The notes beneath the pieces are model-generated. The model made no database searches. It was given only the letters and a program-made list of their open reading frames with translations, and was not told where the DNA came from. Of a stretch of DNA of 64,000 nucleotides, positions 36,862-50,820 are shown in pieces (the stretch's first letter is position 1; each line of letters starts with the position of its first letter). The stretch covers positions 64,358,001 to 64,422,000 of the forward strand of contig NC_086108.1 in assembly GCF_963921235.1 (NCBI RefSeq), in the 5' to 3' direction. This DNA comes from Mobula hypostoma (taxonomy: Eukaryota). Both the position numbers and the translations under genes were made by a program.

Positions 36862-39800
36862 CATGGAAACATAGAAACACAGAAAACCTATGGCATAATA
36901 CAGGCCCTTCGGCCCACAAAGCTGTGCCGAACATGTCCTTACCTTAGAACTACCTAGGCTTACCCATAACCCTCAATTTTTCTAAGCTTCATGTATCCAT
37001 CCAGGAGTCTCTTAAAAGACGCTATCATTTCCACCTCCACCACCACCGTCAGTAGCCCATTCCACACACTTATCACTCTCTGCGTAAAAAACTTACCCCT
37101 GACATCTCCTCTGTACCTACTTTCAAGCACCTTAAAACTATGCCCTCTCGTGCTAGCCCTGGGAAAAAGCCTCTGACTATCCACATGATCAATGCCTCTC
37201 TTCATCTTGTACACCTCTATCAGGTCACCTCTTATCCTCCATCGCTCCAAGGAGAAAAGGCCAATTTCACTCAACCTATTCTCATAAGGCATGCTCCCCA
37301 GTCCAGGCAACATCCTTGTAAATCTCCTCTGCACCCTTTCTATGGTTTCCACGTCCTTCCTGCAGTGAGGCGACCAGAATTGAGCACAGTACTCCAAGTG
37401 GGGTCTGACCAGGTCCACTATAGCTGCAACATTACCTCTTGGCTCTTAAATTCATTCCCGTGATTGATGAAGTCCAATGCACCGTATACCTTCTTCACCA
37501 CAGAGTCAACCTGAGTAGCAGCTTTGAGTGTCCTATGGACTCGGACCCCAAGATCCCTCTGACCCTCCACACAGCCAAGAGTTTTGCCAGTAATACAATA
37601 TACTGCCATCATATTTGACCTACCAAAATGAACAATCTCATACTTACCCGGGTTGAACTCCATCTACCACTTCCCAGCCCATCCTATCAATGTCCCGCTG
37701 CAACCTCTGACAGCCTCCACACTATCCACAACACCTCCAACCTTTGTGTCATCAGCAAATTTACTAACTCATTCCTCCATCTCCTCATCCAGGTCATTTA
37801 TAAAAATCACAATGAGTAGGGTTCCCAGAACAGATCCCTGAGGCACACCACTGGTGACCAGCCTCCATGCAGAAGATGACCCGTCCACAACTACTCTTTG
37901 CCTTCTGTGGGCAAGCTAGTTCTGGATCCACAAAGCAAAGTCCCCTTGGATCCCATGCCTCCTTACTTTCTCAATAAGTCTTGCATGGGGTACTTTATCA
38001 AACGCCTTGCTAAAATCCATATACACTACATCTACTGGTCTACCTTCATCAATGTGTTTAGTCACATCCTCAAAAAATTCAGTCAGGCTCATAAGGCATG
38101 ACCTGCTTTTGACAAAGCCATGCTGACTATTCCTAATCTTATTATGTCTCTCCAAATAAATGCTGCCTGAGCAGGGCAAAAAGCATTATCAAGGATGCAG
38201 CTCACCCTAACCATGAACTTTTTGCTCTCCTCCCATCCAGTAGACGGTACAAGAGCCTCCACTCCCACACCAGCAGGGACAGGAAGAGCTTCTTCCCTGA
38301 GGCTGTGACCCTGCTGAACCTCACATCACAGCGCGAAGCAATATTGCACCCATATTTACTGTCTCAGTACTTTTATATTTGTGTGCTGTAGCACTTACTT
38401 TTTATTCACAGTTATTTTGTAAATAACACTATTCTTTGCATTTCTGGTTAGATGCTAACTGCATTTCATTGGCTTTCTATCTGTACTTGGCACAATGACA
38501 ATGAAGTTGAATCTAATCTAATCTAAAAATGTTCATAAATCCTACCTCGCAGGAACTTCTCCATCAACTTACCAACCACTGAAGTAAGACTCATTGGTCT
38601 ATAATTTCTTGCACTATCCCTACTCCCTTTCCTGAATAATAGAATAACATCTGCAACCCTCCAATCCTCTGGAACCTCTCCCATCCTCATTGATGATGCA
38701 AAGATCATTGCCAGATCAAAGAACACACCTAACAAACTCCACCCCATCTAAACCCCTCACTCTAGGGAGATGCCAATCAATATTTGGGAAATTAAAATCT
38801 CCCACCACAACAACCGTAATATTATTACTCCTTTCCAGATTCTGTCTCCATATCTGCTCTTCGATGTCCCTGTTACTATTGGGTGGTCTATGAAAAACAC
38901 ACAGTAGAGTTATTGACCCCTTCCTGTTGCTAACTTCCACCCACAGAGACTCCGTAGACAACCCCTCCATGACTTCCTCCTTTTCTGCAGCCGTGACACT
39001 ATCTCTGATCAACAGTGCCACACCCCGACCTCTTTGCCTCACTTCCGGTCATTTCTGAAATATCTAAAGCCTGGTACTTGAAGTAGCCATTCCTGCCCCT
39101 GCACCATCCAAGTCTCTGTAATGGCCACAACATCATAGCTCCGTGCTGATCCACGCTCGAAGCTCACCTGCTTTATTCATAATACTCCTCACATTAAAAT
39201 AGACACATCTCAAACCATCAGTCTGAGTGTGTCCCTTCTCTATCATCTGCCTATCCTCCCTTTTACACTGTCTCAAAGCTTTCTCTATTGGTGAGAATTC
39301 TCTATTCTCTTTCCTCCCTTACTTCAGTTCGGTTTCCAACCCCCCCCCCCCCCCACCACCACCAGCGATTCTAGTTTAAACTCTCCTCAACAGCCCTTGC
39401 AAACCTTCCCGTCAGGATATTGGTCCCCCTCAGATTCAAGTGTAACCCATCCTTTTTGTACAAGTTACACCTGCCCCAGAAGAGGTCCCAATGATCCAGA
39501 AATATGAATCCCTGCCTCCTGCTCCAATCCCTCAGCCACGCATTTATCCTCCACCTTATTCCATTCCTATACTCACTGTCACATGGCACAGGCAGTAATC
39601 CGAGATTACTACCTTTGAGGTCCAGCTTCTCAACTTCCTTCCCAACTCCCTGTAGTCTGTTTTCAGGACCTCCTCCTTTTTCCTACCTCTGTCATTGGTA
39701 CCAATATGTACCATGACCTCCGGCTGTTCTCCGTCCTACTTCAAGATATCGTGGACACGATCAGAAACATCCCGGACCCTCGAATCTGGGAGGCAATCTA

Positions 39801-40272
39801 CCATCCATGTTTCTTTCCTGTGTCCACAGAATCGCCTGTCTGATCCCCTAACTATAGAGTCCCCTATCACTGCTGCCATCCTCTTCCTTTCCCTACCCTT
39901 CTGAGCCACAGGGCCAGACTCTGTGCCAGAGGCACGACTACTGTTGCTTCCCCCAAGTTGGCCATCTACCCCAACAGTACTCAAACAGGAGTACTTATTG
40001 TTAAGGGGGATGGCTACTGGGGTACGCTCTAGCATCTGCTTCTTGCCCTTCCCTCTCCTGACTATTACCCACTTGTCTGTCTCCCGAGGCCCTGAAGTGA
40101 CTATCTGCCTATAGCTCCTCTCTATCACCTCCTCACTCTCCCTGACCAAACGAAGGTCACCGAACTGTACCTCCAGTTCCTTAACGCAGTCGCTGAGGAC
40201 CTGCAGCTCGACGCACCTGGTGCAGATATGGCCGTCCGAGAGACTGGAAGTCTCCAGGACATCCCACATCGG
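36862..40272 (-). mobile_element. CR1 (HER1-like) LINE with ORF1 and an internally deleted ORF2
   Basis: ORF1 39371-40269 (HICTRC, coiled coil, VIGDSIVRG, DGLHLN). APE 38720-39230 is fused directly to RT at ~38716. RT pieces run down to 36960. Confidence 0.92.
38158..38526 (+). mobile_element. Rex-type LINE 3' fragment inserted in CR1
   Basis: Encodes IIKDAAHPNHELFALLPSSRRYKSL and has an (atcta)n tail. aaat is duplicated at 38154-38157 and 38527-38530. The CR1 sequence ccaaatgttcataaatcc rejoins across it. Confidence 0.85.
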
Positions 40273-40279
40273 GTCCCCA

Positions 40280-41390
40280 GTGATCCTTCAGGCCCTTTTT
40301 ACAGACCTGTCTTTGTAAATGTCCTGAGTAGTGGGAAGTTCACATCTACAGATGCGCTGGACTGTCTGCACCACTCTCTGCAGTATCCTGTAAATGAGGG
40401 AAGTACAATTCCCATACCAGGCAGTGATGCAGTCAGTCAGGATGCTCTCAATTCTGCCCTGTAAAAAGTTCTTCGGATCTGGGTGCCCATACCAAATTTC
40501 TTCAAATGTCTGAGGTGAAAGAGGCACTGTTGTGCCTTTTTCACAACACAGCCGTTATGACAGACCACGTGAGATCCCCGGTGATGTTTATGCCGAGGAA
40601 CTTAAAACTGTTCACCCTCTCAATCCCAGATCCATTGATGTCTATGGGGGTTAGCCTGTCTCCATTCCTCCTGTAGTCCACAACCACCTCCTTTGTTTCT
40701 GCGACATTGAGGGAGAGATTGTTTTCTTGACGCCACTGTGTCAGGGAGACAACTTCCTCTCTGTAGGCTGCCTCTTTATTGTTTGTTTTTGGCCAATCAG
40801 TGTAATGTCGTCAGCAAATTTAATTAGTATATTGGAGCTGTGGGTGGCGACACAGTCATGAGTTTACAGAGAGTAAAGGAGAGGGCTTAGTACACAGCCC
40901 TGAGGGGCACCTGTGTTGAGGATCAGAGGAGCAGAGGGGAGGGAGCCCACTCTTACCACATGCTGGTGATCTGACAGGAAATCCAGGATCCAACTACACA
41001 AGGCAGGGTGAAGGCCGAGGCCTTTGAGCTTCTTGTCAAGCCTGAAGGGAATTGTGGTGTTGAATGCTGAACTGTAATCCAAGAACAGCATTCTCACATA
41101 AGCATCCTTCTTCTCCAGATGTGTAAGGACGGTGTGTAGAGCTGTGGCTATCGCGTCATCTGTCGATCGGTTGTGTCGGTTGGTGAATTGTAAGGGGTCT
41201 AGTGTGGGTGGTAGCAAGCTGCAGATGCAAAGCATTTGCTTATGATTGAGGTGAGTGTAACAGGATGCCAATCGTTCAGATGTGCTGCCTTGGTCTTGTT
41301 AGATACAGGAACAATGGTGGATGTTTTGAAGCAGGAGGGCACTCTGCACTGGGAGAGGGAAAGTTTATAAATGTCTGTAAACACACATGC
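40280..41390 (-). mobile_element. Rex1/Babar-type LINE RT fragment
   Basis: [48 protein letters not shown]. Confidence 0.9.
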
Positions 41391-43796
41391 CGGTTTCCCT
41401 GGCTGAGGAGGTCATATGAGACAGAGCAATCGCTTCAGCAACTGCAGAAGAGGGACAGGAGGTCAAGGTGCCTTTCTGTGTGTGTATCAGCTTTTCCCCT
41501 TTAGTCATTCTCCATCAGGATGTGCACTGCCACAACTAAGAACTTGCAAACCTCTGCTTTGGTTTCTGATCCATTGATAGGTCACTGTATTCCGAATACT
41601 GCAAAACTTCAGTGGAAGTGTATGGAGCCCACATGTATTCCTCCATGAAAATTGGCTCTAATCAGCACAGCAGCTGCCTGGTTAAGCACCTCCAGGCAAG
41701 TTCAAATCAAACTAACTAGCAATTAGAACCATAATTATTCAACTGGACTTCTAAACAGACTTGTAGAAGCACACCACCTGCACCTGTTTTCAATCTTTTA
41801 ATTCAAAGTTACTCAGCACAATGACAATCATCCCCACCACCACACAATCAGCACCACTATGTCTGTCAGTCAAGAGTAGCTGTCCATTGTACATTCTTTT
41901 AAAACTCTGGTTCCGGTGAAGTCTGAGGAACTGATTTTTTTGAAAGAGAATATAATAGTTAGCAATTGGAAGTTCAGCACTATTGACTGAGGATGAATTT
42001 CTTCTCTGCTTCCCAAAGATTAATTGTAACTGGTTCCCAAGTTTTATCATTCAAATATTGCCCAGTATTTGGACCTTGTTGCTTTTGGTTTTTTTAAATT
42101 TCACATCCAGGCCTTCTGAGCTATTGCATTCCTCAATACTGAATACTCAGAACATCTAACAGTTAATAATGCCCTGACCAAGGAAGTGATGTTAATTTAG
42201 TCTCACACATATTGTCTCAAAGCATTAAGGCAACACGGCCAGCTCATTGGAACAGACAAACTGCAGATGCTAAAGATCTAAAACAAAAACAGAAAACACA
42301 GGAGGAACTTACCCAGTCAGGCAGCATCTGTGGAGAGAGAATCAGAGCCAGTGTTTTAGATCCAGGACCTTTCAACAGAACTGGAAATTTGAGAAAACAA
42401 GGTTCTTTTAAAATTCCAGAGAGAGGAAAACTGGAGAGATCAAAGAAATCCCCTTGGTGTGGTGCAGAACAAAGTTGTCAAGGTAACTATCATTTCAGAT
42501 AATGGTAGTTAGAGACAGAAGAGAAATAAAAAGTTAGCAAGTGAAACCAAGGTACAAATACATTTGCAGAAAGAGAAAGAAAAGATGATTCCTTGAAATT
42601 GTTAAATTCAGTATTAAGTCCTGAGTGATGCAACAATCATCATAATAGGCACACACCATACTAATTCCTCTTTTCAAGAAAAAAAGAAGACCCAAAAATG
42701 TACAAAATAACATATACAACATAGAACAAGACAGCACAGTATGCGCCCTTGGGTGCAGAATGTTGTGCTGATCTAAATAATCCGACTCCATGATCAATCT
42801 GATCCAGCCCACAAACGTCCATTTTGCTTACATCCGTGTTTTGTATGTTATATACAGAAGAGGGATTGCAATATATACATTGTAATGAGTAGTCAGCTTT
42901 CACACAGGCAGAAGCAACTTTTTGTGATTCTGACTTGTGTGTTGCAACTTTCTGATCTTTCAGTAGGAGATTCAACCTTCAGCGTCTCTTTAGAAAGAGT
43001 AACTGTTAACATTAACAATTGCAAATTCTTCCCACCTTTCCACTCCACTCAGAAGTACAGTTACAGTGATGAGTCAATTTCCCCCACAGCCTCGGGATCA
43101 GCTCTTTGACTCTACTTTTCAACTTTATTTTGAATTCCTTCTGCCCTGTGAAAATTACACCCTCCCATCATCCTGCACTGGCTGCCTCTGCCCATCCCTT
43201 CCTGAACTGAGAAAAAAACAAATCGTTTACTTGAAGTTTTCTGCATTTCCCGGTGACTTGTATAACATAACTCCTGACCCAAGACCCCTACCCCAATGCA
43301 TAAGTCTAAGCATGCTTAATTCATTGCATATCATGAACTTCCTATCCAGCTTCACAACCAGTGCCATCATCTCAGGGTATACTTCTTCTCTATCAATTCC
43401 CCCAAACTGGGTTGTAAAGGTTTTAATTTTTTTTCTCACAACTGGGAGCCAATTAGTGTTTCCACTGAACAAGAAATGTGATAAACTGAGATATTGCATA
43501 CACAATATGAAACAGCGTCTAGATAGGTTGAAATTGTTGTTCATGTGGTGTATTAGCATATAAATACATGAAAAGTTAACATGGCTAGAAGGCTTTGATC
43601 TACTATTGTGTGTTTATACAATTTAAACACCATGTGTACTGATATACAGCACCGTCATTCAAAGCCCCTGTGCCCTATCGCTGCTTTGTAAGAAATATTT
43701 ACCAGAACTTCAACAATATACAGGTCCGTAGAATTCATATATTTGTTTTAAAAAAGGATTTAAAAAACAAACAAAAATAATATTAATATTGCATCG

Positions 43797-43990
43797 GAGG
43801 GTAGTGGTTAGCACTTTGCTTTACGGGACCAGCTTTCAGCAATCGGTGTTTGATTCCCACGCCACCTGTAAGAAGTCTGTACGTTCTTCCCGTGATCAAG
43901 TGTGTTTCCTCCAGGTGCTCCGGTTTCCTTCCAAAGGCATACGGTTAGGAGTCCTGAGCTGTGGCAGCTATGTTGGTGTCAGAAGAGTGG
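43797..43990 (+). mobile_element. V-SINE/HE1-like SINE
   Basis: GTAGTGGTTAGC A-box-like head, GTTTGATTCC B-box-like motif, and a gtttcctccaggtgctccggtttcc core. Confidence 0.7.
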
Positions 43991-44639
43991 TTTCACTTGC
44001 GGCCTGTTCAGCACAACCTTCATTGATCTGATTTGACCTAAACAACAAATGTTTGTAGGTTTCAATATTTCGGTGTACATGTGACCAAAAATCTTTATCT
44101 TTAAGACAGCATTTTTATATTTTGCATTCTGTGAAAACGCGTTTAAAATGATAGAAACAAGACTCTGAAGGTAAAAATAAAACCTCACATGCTGAAATCT
44201 GAAAATAAAGGCAGAAATATATTGACACTCAACAGATCAACCTGCACCTGTGGAAAGAGAAATAGTTAACATTTCAGCTCTGGAACCCTTCATCAGAACT
44301 AAGAGAGAAACAAATTAGTCTAGTTGAAGAGAAGGTGAGGGAGGTGCATTGGTGGAACAAAAGGAATTGTACTAATAGGATGAAATAATGCCGCCATGTG
44401 GGGATGGTTAAACTTCATCTGTGCGGTGTGTTACTAGCGTTGCAAAGCCTGGTTAATGTTGTTTGGTCTGGCCAAGTGGGAAAATCACACCTTTCTTTGC
44501 TCTTTGTATATTGCAGCTTCACTTTCTCCTTATTGCACCCCAAGATGAAATTCACTTTCTTCCACTGATTGTCCTCTCCAGCCTTTCTGCTACCTGGACT
44601 AGTCTGCTTCTCTCTTTTTCAGTTCAAATGAAGAAATAT

Positions 44640-46070
44640 AGTTATACAATCCAGGAGAAGGGCAGAAGCCAGGATTAAAAGATAGGGGAAAGGAGAGGAG
44701 CACAACCTAGCAGACAATAGGTGAATCCAAGTGAGAGAGGGAAAGTAAGTGACAGGAATGAAAGGGAATGATGTAAAAAACTAGGAGGTGATAGGTGGAG
44801 GAAGAGACAAAGAGCTAAAGAAGGAATCTAAGAAGAGAGGATATTCCACCATGGAATAAAGAGAAGTAGGTGAGGATCCAGAAGGAGGTGAAGAGGTGTT
44901 GAGCAGGTCATGAGGGCAGGGATGATGAAGAGAAATGATGAGGGACTGAAGGAATGAGGGATTGGAAGATGGGATGAGGAACGGATGGGACTGTTTATTG
45001 GAAGTTAGAGAAATCGATACTGATGCTGCCAGGTTGAAAACTACCAAGAGGGTAAGTGGAACCTCTGCACAGTTGTAGGGATAAGTGCCTGGAGGGGGAT
45101 CAGCGGGGAGGGAGAAGCGGACAAGGGAGGTGTGGAGAGATCGATCCCCGTGGAAGGCTGAGAGGTGGGTGAAGGGAAGATGTGCCTGGTGGTAGATGCA
45201 GAGAATGATGTGTTGGATCCAGTCCTGCCCCTATTCCTGCCTCTGCACGTCCACCCTCACCACCATTCAGAGTCCTAAACAGCCCTTCCAGGTGAGGTAG
45301 CACTTCGCCTGTGAATCTGTCAGTCTCATTCACTACATCCAGTGCTCCCAGTGTGGTCTCCTCTACATTCATGAGCCCCAGCATGGATGGGGCAGCTCTT
45401 CATTGAGGACTATCTGCTACAACAGCCAGGATCTCTCAGTGGGCACCTAACTTCACTTCCATTGCCAACACAGACGTGTCTGTCCATGGTCTCCTCTGTG
45501 CCACGTTGAGGCCACGTGCAGCAACACCCCACATTCTATCTCGGTTGTCTCCAAGCATGAACATCAATTTCTCTAAATAGTGCAAACCACTCTCCTTTTT
45601 TTCTCTCCCCTCCCCCTATTTTATCTTAATTCCTGTGGCCCCTCACTCCTTCTCTTTCCCTTTTCTGCTCTCACAACTGCCCATCCTCTCTCCCTAGATT
45701 TTCACCTGCTTCCCTTTATTCTATGATCAATTCACCTTTCCAATTAGATCCCTTCTTCTTCAGCCTTTTGCTTTTTCCACTGATCACCTCGTAGCTTCTT
45801 ACATTCCATGTCATCCCCCTCCCTCGCCCACCTACCCATCCTCTCTCACCTGACTCACCTATTACTTGCCAGTTGGTGATCCTTCTCCCTCACCTCACTT
45901 CTTATTCTGACTTCTGCCCTCTTCCCTTTCAATCTTGATGAAGAGTCTCAACCCAACACCTCGACTGTTCATTTCCCTCCATAGATGTTGCCAGGCCTGC
46001 TGAGTTTTTCCAGCATGTTGTGTGTGTAGCTCAAGATTTCCAGTTTCTACAGAATCTCTTGTATTTCAGT
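44640..46070. mobile_element. Degenerate PLE 3' halves in divergent orientation
   Basis: 44640-45210 matches the PLE 3' region on -. 45230-46070 matches the GIY-YIG region and tail on + (compare 56390-57150). Confidence 0.75.
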
Positions 46071-46384
46071 TGTGAAAGATTGATTTTCACACTCCATTTG
46101 GCAGATGTGGATTTCCTAGTTACGGCCAAAAAAATTGCTCAGAAGTCCAAAGAAATCATTACAGCCTTGTTCAACTTGTGTGTTTGAAGTATCAAGCAAG
46201 CGAAGATTTGTAAAATTTACATAACAAATTGACATTCCAGGCCCTTACAGGGAAAAGATTTCAAGTGAGTTAGATACTGAATACACCAGAATATTAACAT
46301 AAAAGTCAGGAATTTTGTGCATTGGTTGATATATTGTTGGATAACAACAATCTTGTCAACAATACAAAACCACCAAAGACATAA

Positions 46385-46610
46385 TCAGGTTGCAGAAGGA
46401 ACTCAGGAGGCCAGACAGCATCTACAGAAAAGAGTAAAGAGTCAACGTTTCGGGCCAAGAGTCTTCATCAGGACTAGAAGTAGGATCTCGGTCCGAAATA
46501 TCAACTGTTTACTCTTTTCCATTGATGTTGCCTGGCGTGCTGAGTTCTACCAGCACTTTGAGTGTGTTGCTCTGGATTTCAGTATCTGTAGATTTTCTTG
46601 TGTTTGTGAA
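46385..46610. mobile_element. Two PLE terminal fragments back to back
   Basis: The left half is the reverse complement of the PLE tail, including a hammerhead core at 46441-46474. The right half is the + tail. Confidence 0.7.
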
Positions 46611-49600
46611 AGGCACTATCAGGAGCATGAAAACACTCAAATCAGCCATCCCAACATGTCAATGTCAATTTTTATCTAAAGGCGAATTATCATTTTTTTC
46701 TGCTCATTGATAAATACACAAAATGTGGTACTGCGTTGCATTGTTTAGATTTTTGCTATTTATGAATACCTGCTCAATTGCCTTCAAAAAAAGGACCTCA
46801 GCTGGCATGTGCTTATTTAAATCTTATGTAAAGCTATGGTGTCTAGCATCTTTTGACTGATTGTCATCTGCCAATGGGCAGAATGTACATAACAGAAGTC
46901 TTGAAGAAGCAAGTATTCCAAGGGCATTCTAGCTTCACAACGAATCGTTGATTAGCTATGTCCTTGTTTAATATCACACTACTTCATACTCTGCTACTAG
47001 TTTTGCTCTGGCTGATTAATTAGTCCATCATTGTCTTTGCACATGATTAGGTTTGATACAGCATAATTTAAAGGAAAGAACTAAGAGACTGTGATTGAGA
47101 CAGAGGTAATGTGTTATGAAAAGAAATTTCAAATGAGGAAGAAATAGAGTTATCAAACCAGTAAGCAGGTATAAGATATAACAGTGAGACATTTGATGAA
47201 GTAATCATGTCATGTATATCTGCGTAGTTAAAGTAACCAGGAGAGACATATCAGTGGATATTAAAGTACATTAGTTCATGCAATTCGCTGATTTTCTATC
47301 CAAAGATTCACTTACTTGCTCTATCTCAAATATCTTTGAAGAAATATATCCATACACATTTACACACTGAGGAACCAATTATTTTCTATATTATATGAGC
47401 AATTTCCAAACAGCTTGCGTCAAGTGGCTCTCTGTTGTGTGCTGCCTTCGCCAACATGGTCAAATATCATCACCGACTCCTACCAAACATGAGAGTGGCT
47501 TATTGCAAGCTCCCTCTACTTTGTTCTGGCATCCCCTTTAGAAAATCCTCAGCAACAGCCCATGCTGTAAAGATCTCAGGGTCAAATTAGCACATTGCTT
47601 CTCCAAAACTGCAAGAGCATTGTAGCCCAGTGCCGTAGTTGGCTGGCTCCCATGGTTGGAATGGACAATTTTGCCACACGTACCAGGTGAGAATTATGAT
47701 CTATGCTTAAGGTGCAGGGGCATATCAGGATAAAAAAAACTGTTAAAGAAACAAATGACTCCAATAAATATAACCAGCTTCTTTCTCAATTTGTACATAA
47801 TTTCAATGGAAATGTGTACAGTGCATGTATAACAGGGAATTTGCATTGGAGTTTCCATCACATGACATCGACTATCCCTTTACCTTCACAGATTCTTCCT
47901 GACACAGTAAGTTCTTCCAGAAGATAGCTTTTGCTTTAGATTCCAGCATCTGAAGTCTCTTGTGTCTCTAGCAAAGCAGTTACCTCACAGCCCTAGTGAT
48001 ACAAGTTCAGTTTTGACCTTTGGTATTGTTTTGCATATACTCCTTGTGGCCATGTAGATTTCCTCTGACATACCAAAGATATACTGATAGTATGTTAAGT
48101 GGTCACAGTAAATTACCCCTTATGTAGCAGCAGCAGTAGAATCTAACCAATTTCTGAACTGTGTAACTCTATGACCTCTAAGAAGGAATGGAACTCTGTC
48201 ACATTGCTCAGCTATCTCACATTCACAGTCATTGTCATCGTTCCCTCAACTGTTCTTAAACCATCTCTACCCACATTGAGCCCCGGGTCCATAATGGATT
48301 GCATGGAAGCTCCCTTAAAGTGCTTCAGGAATGTGTTGAACCTCCTTCAGCAGATCTTCTAGCACATTAGGCACTTTCTCTCATGCTCACTCTGATGCTA
48401 AATGTCATCTTGATTCTTCAGGCAGTGGGAAACAGTCAAAAGCAATTTGTCTGTCACAACTTGAAATACTGTAGAGGCAGATTTGACCCTAGAGGACAAT
48501 AATATGCAGGCATACTGTCCCTTGCAATCATTGACTGTCAAAGCCCTTACTGGCCTGATCTACCATATCATCGGGCACAGGGATATGTCTAAATTGGATC
48601 CAACTGACTGGAAATCTTGTTTTCATTTTTTTTTCAAATGAATCTGAGATATCCTGATGGATATTGTTTATCATCAACCTTTGTTTTGTATTCACTGCAA
48701 AACTCCACCATCCTGTCCAACTTTGGGACTATCGTGTAGAACTGCCAGCTAGTTGTACTGATCTTTCTGAAGCTCTCGCTGCTACTGCATGTTCCTCTTC
48801 CCCCTGTACCTTTAGGACGTAGGAACCAGTCAGGATGCTGAACCTAGGACGATATTAATGACCATGCTATAGGGTTTTAAAGTAGGGGTTGAGGTGTTTT
48901 TAGCTATCTTTATTTTTTACAAATCTAATAATCTTAATTTTTTTCTATCATGTGTTTAGTTTAGATTTGAAAATTCTGAATAATAGAGACATGGAAAGAT
49001 TAAAAACTCATGTGCAGCTTTTCCAGCTGTAAAAGCTGGATGGGGAAGTTGTATTCATTGTAGCTATCAAAGCTTTCAGGGTGATTTAGGGTGCAGCTTG
49101 TCACAGCGTCGCTGGGGATCTGGCCACAGCAGGGCTACCTATTTCTCTGGAAGGCTGGGAAGTAAATAGGGCCTGTATCCACGAACCAGGCATGGAAGGA
49201 ACACTGTTGTGACTAGCTAGGCTGGCAAAGCAGCAAGATCTGAGAGCTAGCTAAAGCATTTCTTGCTTTACAAAACAATTTGTCACATGTGGAGAGTACA
49301 TGATGTCCAGTCACTTGCATGTTTCTAATAGGTTTGTGGATGATGTTATGTTAATGCCAAAAATCTTTTCTTACGATAAAATAAAACCACGATGTTAAAA
49401 GTTCTGATATATTTTCTTTTAACAGTTGAATTAATAGCACCTCCTACTGTGACACTTTTAATGTTAAGATTCTCATTTGCCTCAATGATGCTTTCAGTTA
49501 CAGATAAAATATTGCAAATTGATACAATCATCAAGAGAATAAGCACAAAAAGTCTGAGAAACTGGAATAATTATTCTTTCTAAATACTTCCTGAGATGAC

Positions 49601-50569
49601 TTCCCTTGTCTAAACTTGGTAAAATATAGAAATTTATGCATATTTCAGATGGGATTGCAGCATTACCAGATCAGACAGCTTTTAATCATGAGTCTGAGGA
49701 ACAATGGAGGCATTGAACATTTCAGGCCTCTCATCCAGATTTTTCCACCATTCCATAAATCTGGTTTTGCTGCACATTAACTTCTGATGTTTCATTCAAT
49801 TCCATCCTTGGAGTGTCATTCAAGGTAGATCTTTCCCTGCTCTGTGCCATTAACATGAAGTCTACTTGTACACTGTAGTCAGAATAGATGTGTTGGGTAT
49901 TGCTGTAGAGCTTGGATTCCCTTCCAGACTTAAGTCAGAGCATTGCTCTGGAAATAAGGTCTGAAACCATGCACCAAGATAACCTGCTCTGTCTTTGCTG
50001 TGCAGCTGTAGATTATTCAATCTTGCAGCAGGTGGTGTGGTTGCTTCATATTTTTTAACATTTGAGAATCTTTGCAAACAATAGCAGTTTCTGATCAATG
50101 TAAGAGAAGAAATAACATAACTCTTGACTTTGGTTAACTGACCCTTTGGTGAAATAAGTTCAATTGTGTTCTTCTTGTTTCTTCCATTGTTCTGGATTTT
50201 TTTTATAGTGTTGCCAATTTCCCCCAAATACCTCAACAACAAAGCCATTCACAATGCCTGAGTCTCCATAATGAGGCTCTGTGCTCATCAGCACATGAAT
50301 TTCTATCCATTCAGTCCAGTGACTAAAGTGTTTGGAGAGTGGCTAGTGTACAAGTATAAAACCTCAGCGAGTTTTGTCATAGAGGTCATTACCAACAGTT
50401 CCATCCATATCCAGCACCCAAGCATTCATTTTCCAGGATGAATTACTGTACCACCCCATAACTCCAGTGACACAAATTCAGTCCTGACTTCCTGTGGCTG
50501 TCGATATGGACTTTGCATCTGCCCCGTCCCTCACAAACTATCGCATTAAGATCTTAATGTAATTTATTT

Positions 50570-50820
50570 CAGAGAAACAGCACAGTAACAGGCTCTTCTT
50601 GCCCAGTGAGCCCATGCCACCCAATTACACCCACGTGACCAATTAACCTATTAACCCATACATCTTTGGAATGTGGGAGGAAACTGGAGCACCCGGAGGA
50701 AATCCATGCGATCATGGAGAGTATGTACAAGTTCATTACAGACAGTGGCAAGAATCGAACCCCAGTCGCCAGTGCTCTAATAGTGTAACACTAACTGTTA
50801 TACTACTGTGCTGCCCACTG
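50570..50820 (-). mobile_element. V-SINE/HE1-like SINE
   Basis: tgggaggaaactggagcacccggaggaaatccatgcg core, followed by the reverse complement of the tRNA-like head. Confidence 0.75.

Noticed and set aside
43797..43865. tRNA-like A/B boxes
   Set aside because: These are SINE heads that continue into the SINE core and form no complete cloverleaf.
49375..49553. SLC9/NHE-like transmembrane exon (residue spacing resembles the DPVAV...GESLLND region)
   Set aside because: The key DP, GES and ND residues are absent and the other exons do not chain. The similarity could be chance hydrophobicity.
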